Below, in pieces: positions 51,275-61,004 of a stretch of DNA of 64,000 bases; within the stretch, counting starts at the first letter, position 1, and each line of letters opens with the position of its first letter. The DNA lies in assembly GCA_018649885.1 (NCBI GenBank), contig JABIHA010000020.1, positions 62,001-126,000 of the forward strand. Direction: 5' to 3'. The DNA is from Bacteriovoracaceae bacterium. Lineage in GTDB: Bacteria; Bdellovibrionota; Bacteriovoracia; Bacteriovoracales; Bacteriovoracaceae. The notes under the pieces are model-generated. The model worked only from the letters and a program-made list of their open reading frames with translations. It ran no database searches and was not told the origin of the DNA. A program made the translations under genes and the position numbers.

Positions 51275-52137
51275 GGCCCATTCCTATTGCTATTACTATT
51301 ACTATCAAGTTCAGTCTTTAAGACTTCGTAGTCACTAAATTGATCACTATATTTACAAATATTTTCAAAAAATAGAAAGTCATATTCTTTTATCAGCTGG
51401 CAGTCTGAGTCAGTAAAACGAGAAAGTTGATTTGTATAAAAAGGGCCAGGAGTAACATCAATGCTTAATATGCCATCAAGGCCTTGTCTTAACTTCCTGG
51501 TAAAGTTACAATCGTACTTATTTGATTGTTTGACATAGACGCCTGCAATTTCATGAGGAGTATCAATCATATTATAAACGTGGTGCAAGTGACCATGGCA
51601 CTTTGGAGACAAAAAATCAATTTCACTAAAAATGTCCTTCTTACCCAAGTCAGTACAACCTATAACTTCTTTTGTAAAATCGAGAAAAAACTTAAAGTTT
51701 AATTTTGTGTCAAAACAATAAGTAATATGTTCATCAAGGTCATAATTATTGAGAACCTTATTGAACCCAACTTCACCCATTTGTTTTTTAGCATATAAAA
51801 ATAACGGTGCTATTGCCCTCATGCTATAGGTAGCATTTTTCTTATACATTTCAGGTACCCTCAAATTCCCCGCTTCATATTTAAACGATCCATGGACAAC
51901 TTTTAAGCTATCAAGAAAACCATCGAGTAATGAAGAGGGAGAAACACCAAGCCTATGACAAATGCCCCCCCACTCCCCAACCGAAGGAAGATACTTTTCA
52001 TTTTCAATCCTAGAAACTATTGATTGGCTTAAATAGACGTGTGAGGCCAGCTCTCTTTGAGAAATATTTCGAACCTTTCGGATATACAAAAAGAGATCTT
52101 TTATATTTTTGGCATAATTTTTTTCTATTTCGTTCAT
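51247..52137 (-). CDS. XRE-family HTH regulator with C-terminal ligand-binding-like region (paralog of the adjacent gene)
   Basis: IRKVRNISQRELA..LSQSIVSRIEN..PS; P.Y...A.YS.R and YD.NF motifs shared with neighbour. Confidence 0.75.
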   Translation of the reverse strand: MNEIEKNYAKNIKDLFLYIRKVRNISQRELASHVYLSQSIVSRIENEKYLPSVGEWGGICHRLGVSPSSLLDGFLDSLKVVHGSFKYEAGNLRVPEMYKKNATYSMRAIAPLFLYAKKQMGEVGFNKVLNNYDLDEHITYCFDTKLNFKFFLDFTKEVIGCTDLGKKDIFSEIDFLSPKCHGHLHHVYNMIDTPHEIAGVYVKQSNKYDCNFTRKLRQGLDGILSIDVTPGPFYTNQLSRFTDSDCQLIKEYDFLFFENICKYSDQFSDYEVLKTELDSNSNSNRNGPWHYHFKAL

Positions 52138-52203
52138 ATACTCATAAGTTATTATATTTTCATTAACCCTATTTTAATGAAAATAATCTAACTAAATGAA
52201 TAT

Positions 52204-52575
52204 TTAAGCTAACATGGTTTGGCAAGTCGACTGGTCTACTGTGCTGAGCCAAGAAACCTTTTCTTCCTCCGGTAGGTTAACAAGTTTGAGTGCAAGGTTT
52301 CGGTCCAAAAGAAGAACCGAGCCGCTTCGCCCAGTAAATTCAAGTATACTCACCCTAAGGAATTCATGTAGGTGCGCATCAACGCTAATTTGATCAATAA
52401 TGACAACTTTCTTGATAAGAGGATCCATGCACTCAAGCTCGGCCATTAACATTATATAGTTACAAGTAAGTGTCACACGCTCAATTCCAGACAAATCACC
52501 CTCTCCGCCCTCTCCTGTTGCAAGGTCGCTAATCCACTTGTGATCAGTCGAAAATAGCAATACATTCATTTTCAC
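52204..52575 (-). CDS. Hypothetical protein (possible degenerate receiver-like fold)
   Basis: GTG start after GAG; VLLFSTD..VVIID pattern. Confidence 0.5.
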   Translation of the reverse strand: MKMNVLLFSTDHKWISDLATGEGGEGDLSGIERVTLTCNYIMLMAELECMDPLIKKVVIIDQISVDAHLHEFLRVSILEFTGRSGSVLLLDRNLALKLVNLPEEEKVSWLSTVDQSTCQTMLA

Positions 52576-52728
52576 CTCTTAAATAATAATTTACTTCTAC
52601 TTAGTTTAAATTGCATTTTCATGAAAGGTGGAGGGATGATTCCATATGAAATCAATTTGGGGTTAATAATTTCTTAAATTAAGTTCAAGAAATTTAATAA
52701 CTCTTTTTGTTGGTTTTAATCAAAATGA

Positions 52729-52744
52729 TGACTCGTTTGAGTCA
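52729..52744. promoter_or_regulatory. Palindromic operator candidate between divergent genes
   Basis: TGACTC-gttt-GAGTCA flanked by AATGA/TCATT. Confidence 0.45.
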
Positions 52745-52868
52745 ATCATTCTACCATTAATCACTTACTCATTGTTTCTTATGTTGATTGATTTTCGTCA
52801 TCATAAAGTCTTTGAAGCTAGATTATAATAATTTATTGAAAAATTGTTGGAAGGTGAAAGGAAAAATC

Positions 52869-53960
52869 ATGGATCAAGTGAACCTACAAGACCGAGAATT
52901 GAAACCACTTAGAGGACTTCCCTCTTGGGGGGGTAAAGCTTTTGCCCGTTGGATATTGAAGCTTTTAAGTATGGAAGAGCAACCACTCTCAGATCAAGAT
53001 CAATATATCTCACCTATTAAGGGTTACTTTAGAAGAGATCGCTATTTTCAGCCTAAGCTTTCAGCGCAGTCTTATTCGCTAGAAATAAATAGTCCTCATC
53101 AAAGTAAGAGCTTCAGCCTAGAAGAGTTAAAAAAGCTTCCCCAAAAAAAGATTGTATGTGTGCAAGAGTGTGCAGGAAACGGCAACCATCTCATGGGTTC
53201 AGCTGGATTAGTGGGTCACTGTCTGTGGGAGGGACCAACTGTGCAGTCAGTGCTTGAACATTACCCAGATATTCAACAGACTCCCTATTTGGTATTTCGA
53301 GGTCTTGATAATTTAGGGGGAATAAAAAAGGGATATCACTACGGTCTTTCTATAGAAGAAGTGATTAATGGCAAGGGAATCATTGCACTCAAAATGAATG
53401 GTGAAGAGCTAAGCAGACGACACGGGTTTCCTGCCCGTTTGGTTGTTCCTCGGATTTACTCAATGTCACATGTTAAATGGCTTAGTGAAATTGAATTGGT
53501 TAAAGAGCCACATTCTGGAATCTACAATACCAAAATTTATGTTAATAAAGAATTTCAAGACGGAAAGTGGGTTAATGTGCAGGCCAGGTGGATTGATTTA
53601 AAATCCTACATCACTCGCTGTGAACCTCTTGGGGATGGGTCCTTTAGACTTTCCGGTTTTGCTTGGGGGGGAGAGGAATCCATATCCCGAGTTGAAATTT
53701 CCACAGATCATGGAGTGAGTTGGACTAATGCTGAGCTAACAACTGCCGAGCTTCCATCCTCCTTAAAAGAAATAGAGGGAGTCGAATATTTTGGGTCTTG
53801 GCAATGCTTCTCTACAGTATGGAGGCCTGAAGCTGGTCGTTATACTATTGGTTCGAGGGCCTACAGCTCCAGTGGACAGGCACAGCCTTTAACACAACCT
53901 GAAAATGTCAAAGGGCATTTTAATCAGTGCCAAATTATGTGGCGGAAGGTGGACATATAG
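52869..53960 (+). CDS. Sulfite oxidase-family molybdopterin oxidoreductase
   Basis: ECAGN, W.G, MNGE.L..HGFPARLVVP, VKWL..I, G.AW..I.RVEIS.D.G.SW dimerisation domain. Confidence 0.9.
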   Translation: MDQVNLQDRELKPLRGLPSWGGKAFARWILKLLSMEEQPLSDQDQYISPIKGYFRRDRYFQPKLSAQSYSLEINSPHQSKSFSLEELKKLPQKKIVCVQECAGNGNHLMGSAGLVGHCLWEGPTVQSVLEHYPDIQQTPYLVFRGLDNLGGIKKGYHYGLSIEEVINGKGIIALKMNGEELSRRHGFPARLVVPRIYSMSHVKWLSEIELVKEPHSGIYNTKIYVNKEFQDGKWVNVQARWIDLKSYITRCEPLGDGSFRLSGFAWGGEESISRVEISTDHGVSWTNAELTTAELPSSLKEIEGVEYFGSWQCFSTVWRPEAGRYTIGSRAYSSSGQAQPLTQPENVKGHFNQCQIMWRKVDI

Positions 53961-55482
53961 CTCTAGGTGACGTGGTACTAGTTTTTTTACCAACCAGTTG
54001 ACCACTGACAAGAGGAACTTCTTTTTTACATTTGGCCTGAATTAATAAATTCCTAAAAGGAGGAATTTTGAAATCTTCTAATTTTTCTGCCAAGGCCATG
54101 GTCAAATAGTCCATCCCTTTACTACCTATAATTTGCACTGAAAGTGGTAGCTGATCCTTATCCCAAAGAACTGGAACTACGCTTGCGGGAAGACCAAGAA
54201 AATTATAGCAACTGGTATTGCCAACCTTATAAGGACAATAAATGTCCATCTTATGTTTTACTGCCTTTGAAGGATAGACAGGAGAAATTATCAGGTTACC
54301 ACCAGACAATTTGGCGTTAACCTCCAATTTCATTTGCTCAGCTTGTTCAAGGTAGCGCTTGATTGTCTTTTCTGGATGTTTAATGAGTTTCTCCAAAAGA
54401 ATCATTAGAGATGTAGGAACGGTGTGAATATTGGCACCGATGATACTTTTGAGTAATTCTATAATGGGATTAACTGAATTCCCATTCGCTAGCAGTTCTT
54501 CACCGGTAACGGCCTCTGGAGCATTTTGTAAAATAGTGGTAAAAATCTCAAAACCTTCTTCTATGAAAGGAGGTCTCCACTTTTCAAGCTTAAATCCCAA
54601 TGATCCCGCTCTCATTACGGCGAAATCGACACAGGCCTTAATATCATTATCTGTTTTATATCTTCCATCTTCACTATAATAGTAAATCGTTCTATTTTTA
54701 AAACTGATTTGATTAGTACTTTCTATATGACTGCACTCACTGGCGAGTAAATGCTTTGCACCCCCTAGGAGTAAATTGAAAAGGGGAAATAAGTCAGAGG
54801 CCCTCCTGGCCATGGGGCCTGAGCAAGTTAAATACTCAATACTTCCATGGGTTGTAGGCCATGATCCTGTGAGAGGAATAATTCCCCCTGTTGGTTTGTG
54901 TCCTGAGACTCCACAAAAGGCTGCTGGATAACGTATGGATCCACCTGTATCACTTCCTAGGCCCAGTGGTGTTGCACCTGCTGCAATCAAAGAGCCTTCT
55001 CCCCCACTGCTTCCCCCTGGAGATCTGGTGATATCGTGGGGATTATTCGTTCTTCCTACAACACTATTTTCAGCGTCCATCCACATCCCCCCCTCACTCA
55101 TATTTGATGTGCAAATAGGAATCAGGCCTGCACCAATATACTTTTCAACTCCATAGGCATTTGAGTTCGCCACTATTTGAGTTCGGTAGTGACTTCCTCC
55201 AAACCAAATCTGATTTTTAATAGAGTATGAGGCCTTTATGGAACAAGGTACTCCAAAAAAATCGGGTAAGTCAGATGGGTCCCTGCGGGCCAATAACTCG
55301 TCAGCTTTTTTTGCACAATCTATTGCACTTTCAAATAGTGGAACTGCAATTGCGTTAATAACTGGATTAATTTTCCTTAAGTAACGTATGTGAAAATCAA
55401 CCAACTCACTTGAAGAAATTTTTTTCTTTTTAATTTGCTCCGCGAGCTCTCGCCCACTGGCTGAAAAAAGTAAATCGTCCAT
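53935..55482 (-). CDS. Amidase signature family enzyme (FAAH2-like)
   Basis: GVPCSIK, GGSSGGEG, GLGSDTGGSIRYPAAFCG. Confidence 0.93.
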   Translation of the reverse strand: MDDLLFSASGRELAEQIKKKKISSSELVDFHIRYLRKINPVINAIAVPLFESAIDCAKKADELLARRDPSDLPDFFGVPCSIKASYSIKNQIWFGGSHYRTQIVANSNAYGVEKYIGAGLIPICTSNMSEGGMWMDAENSVVGRTNNPHDITRSPGGSSGGEGSLIAAGATPLGLGSDTGGSIRYPAAFCGVSGHKPTGGIIPLTGSWPTTHGSIEYLTCSGPMARRASDLFPLFNLLLGGAKHLLASECSHIESTNQISFKNRTIYYYSEDGRYKTDNDIKACVDFAVMRAGSLGFKLEKWRPPFIEEGFEIFTTILQNAPEAVTGEELLANGNSVNPIIELLKSIIGANIHTVPTSLMILLEKLIKHPEKTIKRYLEQAEQMKLEVNAKLSGGNLIISPVYPSKAVKHKMDIYCPYKVGNTSCYNFLGLPASVVPVLWDKDQLPLSVQIIGSKGMDYLTMALAEKLEDFKIPPFRNLLIQAKCKKEVPLVSGQLVGKKTSTTSPRAICPPSAT

Positions 55483-55532
55483 TTCGACCTCCGAGCTTAT
55501 AATAAATGAGAGTGGGGATTTGTGATTGAATT

Positions 55533-55576
55533 TTCACACTGAGTGTAAAAATAGAGTTTACATTTAATGTAAACTC
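55533..55576. promoter_or_regulatory. Tandem palindromic operators upstream of amidase
   Basis: TTCACA-N5-TGTAAA (55533-55549) and GAGTTTACATT-T-AATGTAAACTC (55554-55576). Confidence 0.6.
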
Positions 55577-55985
55577 ATCGTTTTGTACTATAAGTGACAA
55601 CGATATTAAGAGCTAAAAAAAAATCATGGCTGCCTATAGACCAAAACAAGAGTTAAATATTGAAACATTTTTTAAATTTAGACAAGGTTACAGGATTGTA
55701 AATAGTGAAGAAGTAATTGCCCATGAATGTTCTTGCAGCCTTAGATGGATCTGACTAGAAATAAACAAATTATCAAAAAATTAAGATCGGATTAATAACG
55801 TAATAATCATTACATCTCAGTAGCTATTATATTTAAAGGCCATACAGTGTGTGCAACTAAAGCAGGCCTACGTACTTTTTAATTCGTATTCGATTTTTTT
55901 CGGATGAAATATTAAGAAGCTTTAAGGTACTCAACCAAATTGTATCTAATTTTTTAGATTTTAAATTTAATTAGGAGTACAATCC

Positions 55986-57670
55986 ATGAAAAGTTCATTT
56001 TACTTATTCATTTTATTATTAATTTCAATCAATTCATTTTCTGGGGTAATTGGCAACGGAAGCGGTGTCGTAACTCTTGAAAACAAAGAGGTTGTTCCAG
56101 CTGATCTCCATATTGCACTTGAAGCTACAAAGATTCCAAAAGATTTTATTTCATATAAGCTTAAAGACAATTTAAGTGTATTGAATGAATTAACAAGTAT
56201 GATCAAGCTCTTGAATCTATACAATTATGGAAAATATTTCCTAAAGGCGGCTACTGGTGAAGCTACTATTGATGGGAGTAAATGGTATAGAGATATTAGC
56301 GTCGAAGAGTTTGATGTTTACCTTGTAGATGAATTAAGCTCTAAAGAAATAATTAAAGTACGACCAGGACTCATCTTCGATCCCGCTGCTTTCACCTATA
56401 TTGCAAGATTGGAAGATTGGAAGATAAAGATACATTTCGAGTACATTTAAGAAAGGTCATCGAATTAAAAAAAGAAAATTATCGGGCACTTAAAACACCC
56501 AAACATAAGGCGCTGCTAATTTTACATGAAATTCTTCATTATGCTTATCCTGAGGTAACCAAAAATTATGGCGATGGGCATTTTTTAATTTCTAATCTTA
56601 TAAAAAACCTTAGCCTTGTTTATGATTATTTTAAACCACAAAGTGATAAAAAGATTAAAGACATTCCAGTGGAAGCAAGAACAGCATCATTAAGTCTATA
56701 TAAAATAGTTAACCGTTTTGTATCAGGTTATGACGATTATAATAAATATGTTTCAAGTGGTGGAGGAGTTACAGACTCAAAAGAAATAGCCGAAAATAAT
56801 TTTCTTTCTGTAGGCACAATTGTCTTTGGTTCTACAAAGAGACAAAATAACTTCGAAGGAAATGACATTTACTTTTCTACACTATTTATTTCTCAATCAT
56901 CTGGATATAACGATTCTGGAACTCATTACTCAGAACATAAGGTAGAAGCTAACGAATTTTATTATTCAAATATGAGTCTGAGTACGGGATTAATGATAGA
57001 TGAAGAAAAAACTAAAGATTGTCAAAATAACAAATTTACAAATGTTACCGCTAGCGTTAGATGTAGGGGAGGAAATAATATTTTTCGCGACGTAACGGTC
57101 CCGTATCCAGGACACGTTGGGCTTTATAGTGACAATGATGTTTCAAACCTAAAAGTAAAATTCGGTCTTCGTATAGATTTAGATCAGTCTAGAATCCGAA
57201 ATGCGACCTTTGAATTTAAGAATGTAAACGATTTAGAACTTTCAAATTCGACTTTCTATGATTCAGGTCTCAAAAGTGACCGAGATTGGAGTAATTTGAA
57301 AATTATTGATTCAGAGATTATGAATTCAACAATCGATGGAAATTTTAATTTTGAATCAGCAACGGTAACGAATTCTAAGCTAACGGCAAGACGAGATGCT
57401 TATCATATCACAATTGGTTTCCAACTCAATTCATCAAACCTAATATTTGGAAAGGGCAGTCACGAAGTCATAGGAATGCCATCTCAAAAGATCTCACACT
57501 TAAATTTAGATCTAGATACTAAAGAACTAGTGATAGATCCAAAATTAACTGCTGTAGAATTTGAAAAAGATAAGTTCTTTAAAGCGACCTCATTTAATCC
57601 ATTTTATGACATTAAAGTAAAAATAACTAAATCAGGTAAGTTGAAAAGAGCTAAAGAGATTGTAAAGTAA
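55986..57670 (+). pseudogene. Secreted HExxH protein with beta-solenoid-like C-terminus, split by an 8-bp duplication
   Basis: Signal peptide + GVIGNGSG; AAGATTGG x2 at 56405-56420; removing one copy fuses both ORFs; HEILH. Confidence 0.78.
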
Positions 57671-57700
57671 TCATTCACTTTTTTTATTTAGGAGTTTGTA

Positions 57701-58537
57701 ATGAACCGCACTTTTAATATTTACAATTTCACAAGTGTTTCAAAGTGCTTTTGCGAACTTAAAGAGCATATGGAGAGCAAGGGAGAAAAACTCTCTTACT
57801 CTTCACTTGCAGCGATAGCTAATTTAGGTTCACGCACTAAAATGAAAAAAATTCTAAAAGGTGAGATGCAGATGCCAAAGCATTCGCTTACCAAGCTCGC
57901 CAGATACTTCAGTTTAGATTGTCACCAAGTAAAATACCTTGAAACAATAAGACTATTAAATCTACAAACTGAACCTGAGGCCATTATTTGTTTACACGAG
58001 AAGGCCATGGAGCTTAAGACAAAGCACGACGCTACTTACAATCAACATAAACTATCAAACCTACAAGTTAAACTGTTAAAGAAATGGTACTACCTACCAC
58101 TGCTTTCTTATTTTAAACTTGAGAGTTCTTCTTGTGATCCAGCGGCCATTCGAAATGCGTTCCACGGGAAAATTACAATTGAACAAATAACTGAAGCAAT
58201 AGATGTGCTGCTTGAATTAAATTTAATCAGCATCAATACCGATGGAGAGCTGAAAACCATTAATGACTCAGTAACTCTTTTAGACGGAATCCCAAGAGCA
58301 CTAATAAAGAAGTTTCATCACGACATGATTGAAAAGGCGAAAGAGACGATTTACAATGTTCCTGTTGATAAAAGATATTTAATTAGCACATCTTTGAATA
58401 TTGACGAAAGTGACTTGGACCTCATTCAAACGAAAATAAATTCATTTTTTCTGGGGCTGGAAAAAGAGTTTTCAAATAAACAAGGTAAATTAATTCATCA
58501 GATGAATTTGCAGCTGTTTAATATTTGTAAATCTTGA
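57701..58537 (+). CDS. TIGR02147/DUF4423-type HTH protein
   Basis: SYSSLA.IA.LGS, ILKG, WYY..L, A.D.LL.L.LI, IKKFH..MI.KA, HQMNLQLF. Confidence 0.85.
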   Translation: MNRTFNIYNFTSVSKCFCELKEHMESKGEKLSYSSLAAIANLGSRTKMKKILKGEMQMPKHSLTKLARYFSLDCHQVKYLETIRLLNLQTEPEAIICLHEKAMELKTKHDATYNQHKLSNLQVKLLKKWYYLPLLSYFKLESSSCDPAAIRNAFHGKITIEQITEAIDVLLELNLISINTDGELKTINDSVTLLDGIPRALIKKFHHDMIEKAKETIYNVPVDKRYLISTSLNIDESDLDLIQTKINSFFLGLEKEFSNKQGKLIHQMNLQLFNICKS

Positions 58538-58862
58538 TTTATCCATTCTGGTACTGTGGTTAAAAATTGCCGGATGAGAAAACTCTTTTACTAAAATCGA
58601 TATTTGCTGACTTAAATAGAGCTATTTCGTCAAGATTCAACCCTTCATTGATACCGTAGTCCAGCGAAGCTTCAAATAAAACGGGGGGTTCAGAGGGATT
58701 ATAAGTGCTCATATACCGACAGTGTATATTAAAAATAATATTTAATATAATGAGAGAAGTCCCATACTTGGAGTATGTTGGAAAAATGCCATTCCAAATT
58801 CTAATTCTTTCTTTTCTCTCTGGGTCCTGCTTTTCTTTACGAACTCACTAATACGTGAAAAA

Positions 58863-59519
58863 ATGGCCGCTATGGGAAATAAAATTCTAAGTTACCTCAT
58901 TTACTACTTTCTAAAGCTATGGACCCTCACCTTCCGTTTTGTTTATTACGGTGAAGAGCACAAAGAAAAGGCCAAGGAAATCTCCAAAACGGGCGCCTAT
59001 ATTGCCTCCATCTGGCACCACGACGCCATTGGCGCCATTTTTGGCCAAGTTGGAACTCCCCATGGAGTTTTAATCTCAAAATCTCTTGATGGGGAGCTAC
59101 TGGCCACTACCATAAAAAAATTGGGCTATATTCCAGTGCGAGGTAGCTCAAGCCGTGGAGGTGCCACCGCCAGAGTTCAGCTGGCCGAGCTTCTTACCAA
59201 AGGGATTCACCTGGCCATTACCATTGATGGCCCCCGAGGTCCCAGGCACGTTGTTAAACCAGGTATTGTAGAGCTTGCGCGGTTAACGGGATCTCCCATT
59301 GTCCCCGGAAGTTGCAGTTATTCTAATTTCTATCTTTTCAAGAAATCTTGGGATCGGTTTTGCTTACCACTACCCTTTTGTAAAATCGTCATTCAATTTG
59401 CTCCTCCCATTGTGGTTCCCGAAAAGCTCAGTGAGAAAGAGTTTATTAAGATCCAAGAGGATGTGAGAGATGCTTTGGAGTCCAATCGAAAGCTAGCAAT
59501 TCAAACAATGAGTCAGTGA
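58863..59519 (+). CDS. DUF374 lysophospholipid acyltransferase-family protein
   Basis: IWH, LISKS.DGE, VRGSSSRGG, TIDGPRGP, SWDRF.LPLPF. Confidence 0.9.
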   Translation: MAAMGNKILSYLIYYFLKLWTLTFRFVYYGEEHKEKAKEISKTGAYIASIWHHDAIGAIFGQVGTPHGVLISKSLDGELLATTIKKLGYIPVRGSSSRGGATARVQLAELLTKGIHLAITIDGPRGPRHVVKPGIVELARLTGSPIVPGSCSYSNFYLFKKSWDRFCLPLPFCKIVIQFAPPIVVPEKLSEKEFIKIQEDVRDALESNRKLAIQTMSQ

Positions 59520-59686
59520 AGATGAGTGTTTGGAGTGAAAAGTAGAGTTTTTACATATTCCAAAACAAAAGCAGTTTTAAATTAGTGTGGTGGAAGGGCG
59601 ATTTGTTACAAACAATTTACACATAAAATGAAAGGCACCAAGAAACGCGTTGCGTGAAAGATGAAATAGAAAATTTGGCCCTATTT

Positions 59687-60139
59687 TTAAAAAGAAAAAA
59701 TTGCAAGATCACCATCGTCCTCATCACTTCCTGGAACCACGCATTTAAAAGAATTCTGAAAATCGACTTCCATATCTAGAAAGTTATATATAACGCCATC
59801 ACGAATATAACCTGAAGCTGCGTGGCTGGACTCGAAAACTACCTCATTGACTTTAAGTTTCTCTATACCTTGATCTTGGGCTAGTTGGTCACAGATTTTA
59901 GTTTTTTCTACCAGCAGTGCTCTTTTCGCCTCTTCCTGACCCTTTTCCTGAAACTCATCACTTGATACTTTGAGGCATTTTTCATCTTGCCCCTCCTGAC
60001 AGCGTAAAATGGTGGCGACTGCTTTTAGATCATAATGAAACGACTCTAAAGTGAAGTTTTCTACCAATGAAATAATTTTAAACTCACATGGCAAAACATT
60101 GCTGGAAACCAATACAAGCAGAATTAAACATTTTTTCAT
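59687..60139 (-). CDS. Secreted hypothetical protein
   Basis: Signal peptide; 6 bp downstream of neighbouring gene. Confidence 0.65.
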   Translation of the reverse strand: MKKCLILLVLVSSNVLPCEFKIISLVENFTLESFHYDLKAVATILRCQEGQDEKCLKVSSDEFQEKGQEEAKRALLVEKTKICDQLAQDQGIEKLKVNEVVFESSHAASGYIRDGVIYNFLDMEVDFQNSFKCVVPGSDEDDGDLAIFSF

Positions 60140-60145
60140 AAAATA

Positions 60146-60805
60146 TTACTCCAAATTAGTTTGGTCTTTTTCACTTTCATCTGCTTCGCCATCTTCCGCT
60201 ACTAAAGATTCATCTTGCATTTGACCACTGACCCTATTCCCAGCTAAATCTCCAATTTCTTCTTGGTAATTATTGGAGTCCTGTGGAGAATAGAAACATT
60301 GAATATCAATGTGATACTTTCGAAATCCTATCATCGTGACATTCAATTCCTGAGAAACTAGTGCTGATTGACTTTTCTGGAAGGGGAAGAAAAAACCCTC
60401 AGTATAAGAGAGCTCTCTTTTTGCTTTATTGTCTTTTCGTACACCAATGGAAATTTGATATTGAGGAATTTCGATTCCAGAGGCCATCACAAGTGGAGCT
60501 GATTCGAATACAACTGGTGGATTTTTTCTAAGAGTTAATTCAAATTCTATCCCGTGTGACGATACTGTACTAGTGTCACGGCAAACTTCACTAGAATCCA
60601 AAATGCCAGGAGCTCTTCCAACTTCGGGACTGCACAAGGTTCCATTTAAATCTGAGGGAGTTAATAATTCAACGGTCTGAGAGAAAACTTCTTCTCCGGA
60701 CTTAAATTGCTCCATAGTAATATCACACAGAATAACTGGTAGCTCAGAGGCAATGGTATTGATTGAAGTAAGGAGTAAAATCCCAGCAAATATAATATTT
60801 CTCAT
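60146..60805 (-). CDS. Secreted hypothetical protein with acidic tail
   Basis: Signal peptide (..NTIA). Confidence 0.7.
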   Translation of the reverse strand: MRNIIFAGILLLTSINTIASELPVILCDITMEQFKSGEEVFSQTVELLTPSDLNGTLCSPEVGRAPGILDSSEVCRDTSTVSSHGIEFELTLRKNPPVVFESAPLVMASGIEIPQYQISIGVRKDNKAKRELSYTEGFFFPFQKSQSALVSQELNVTMIGFRKYHIDIQCFYSPQDSNNYQEEIGDLAGNRVSGQMQDESLVAEDGEADESEKDQTNLE

Positions 60806-60816
60806 ATATTTATAAA

Positions 60817-60832
60817 TGCAATTTTTCTGCCA
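60817..60832 (-). promoter_or_regulatory. Putative sigma54 promoter
   Basis: Minus strand TGGCAG-AAAAA-TTGCA (GG-N10-GC). Confidence 0.5.
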
Positions 60833-61004
60833 GAAAACCTGTTCTAACTGCCTGAGTTTTTGGGAAAATAAATTCTATTTACTGCCTAAAAGTTAATCAT
60901 TGTAGTTACTTAATACTGCCATTGAAAGAAAAGGCACCATCAATTAAAATTATTTAGAATCCCAATATGCTATAATTAATAGTTCTTTTTCAAAGGAATT
61001 TGCT

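Noticed and set aside
55626..55754. 42-aa plus-strand ORF divergent from the amidase
   Set aside because: No HTH or other motif and no clear RBS.
58560..58712. 50-aa minus-strand ORF (MSTYNPSEPP..)
   Set aside because: No RBS or recognisable motif; cannot be supported as a gene.
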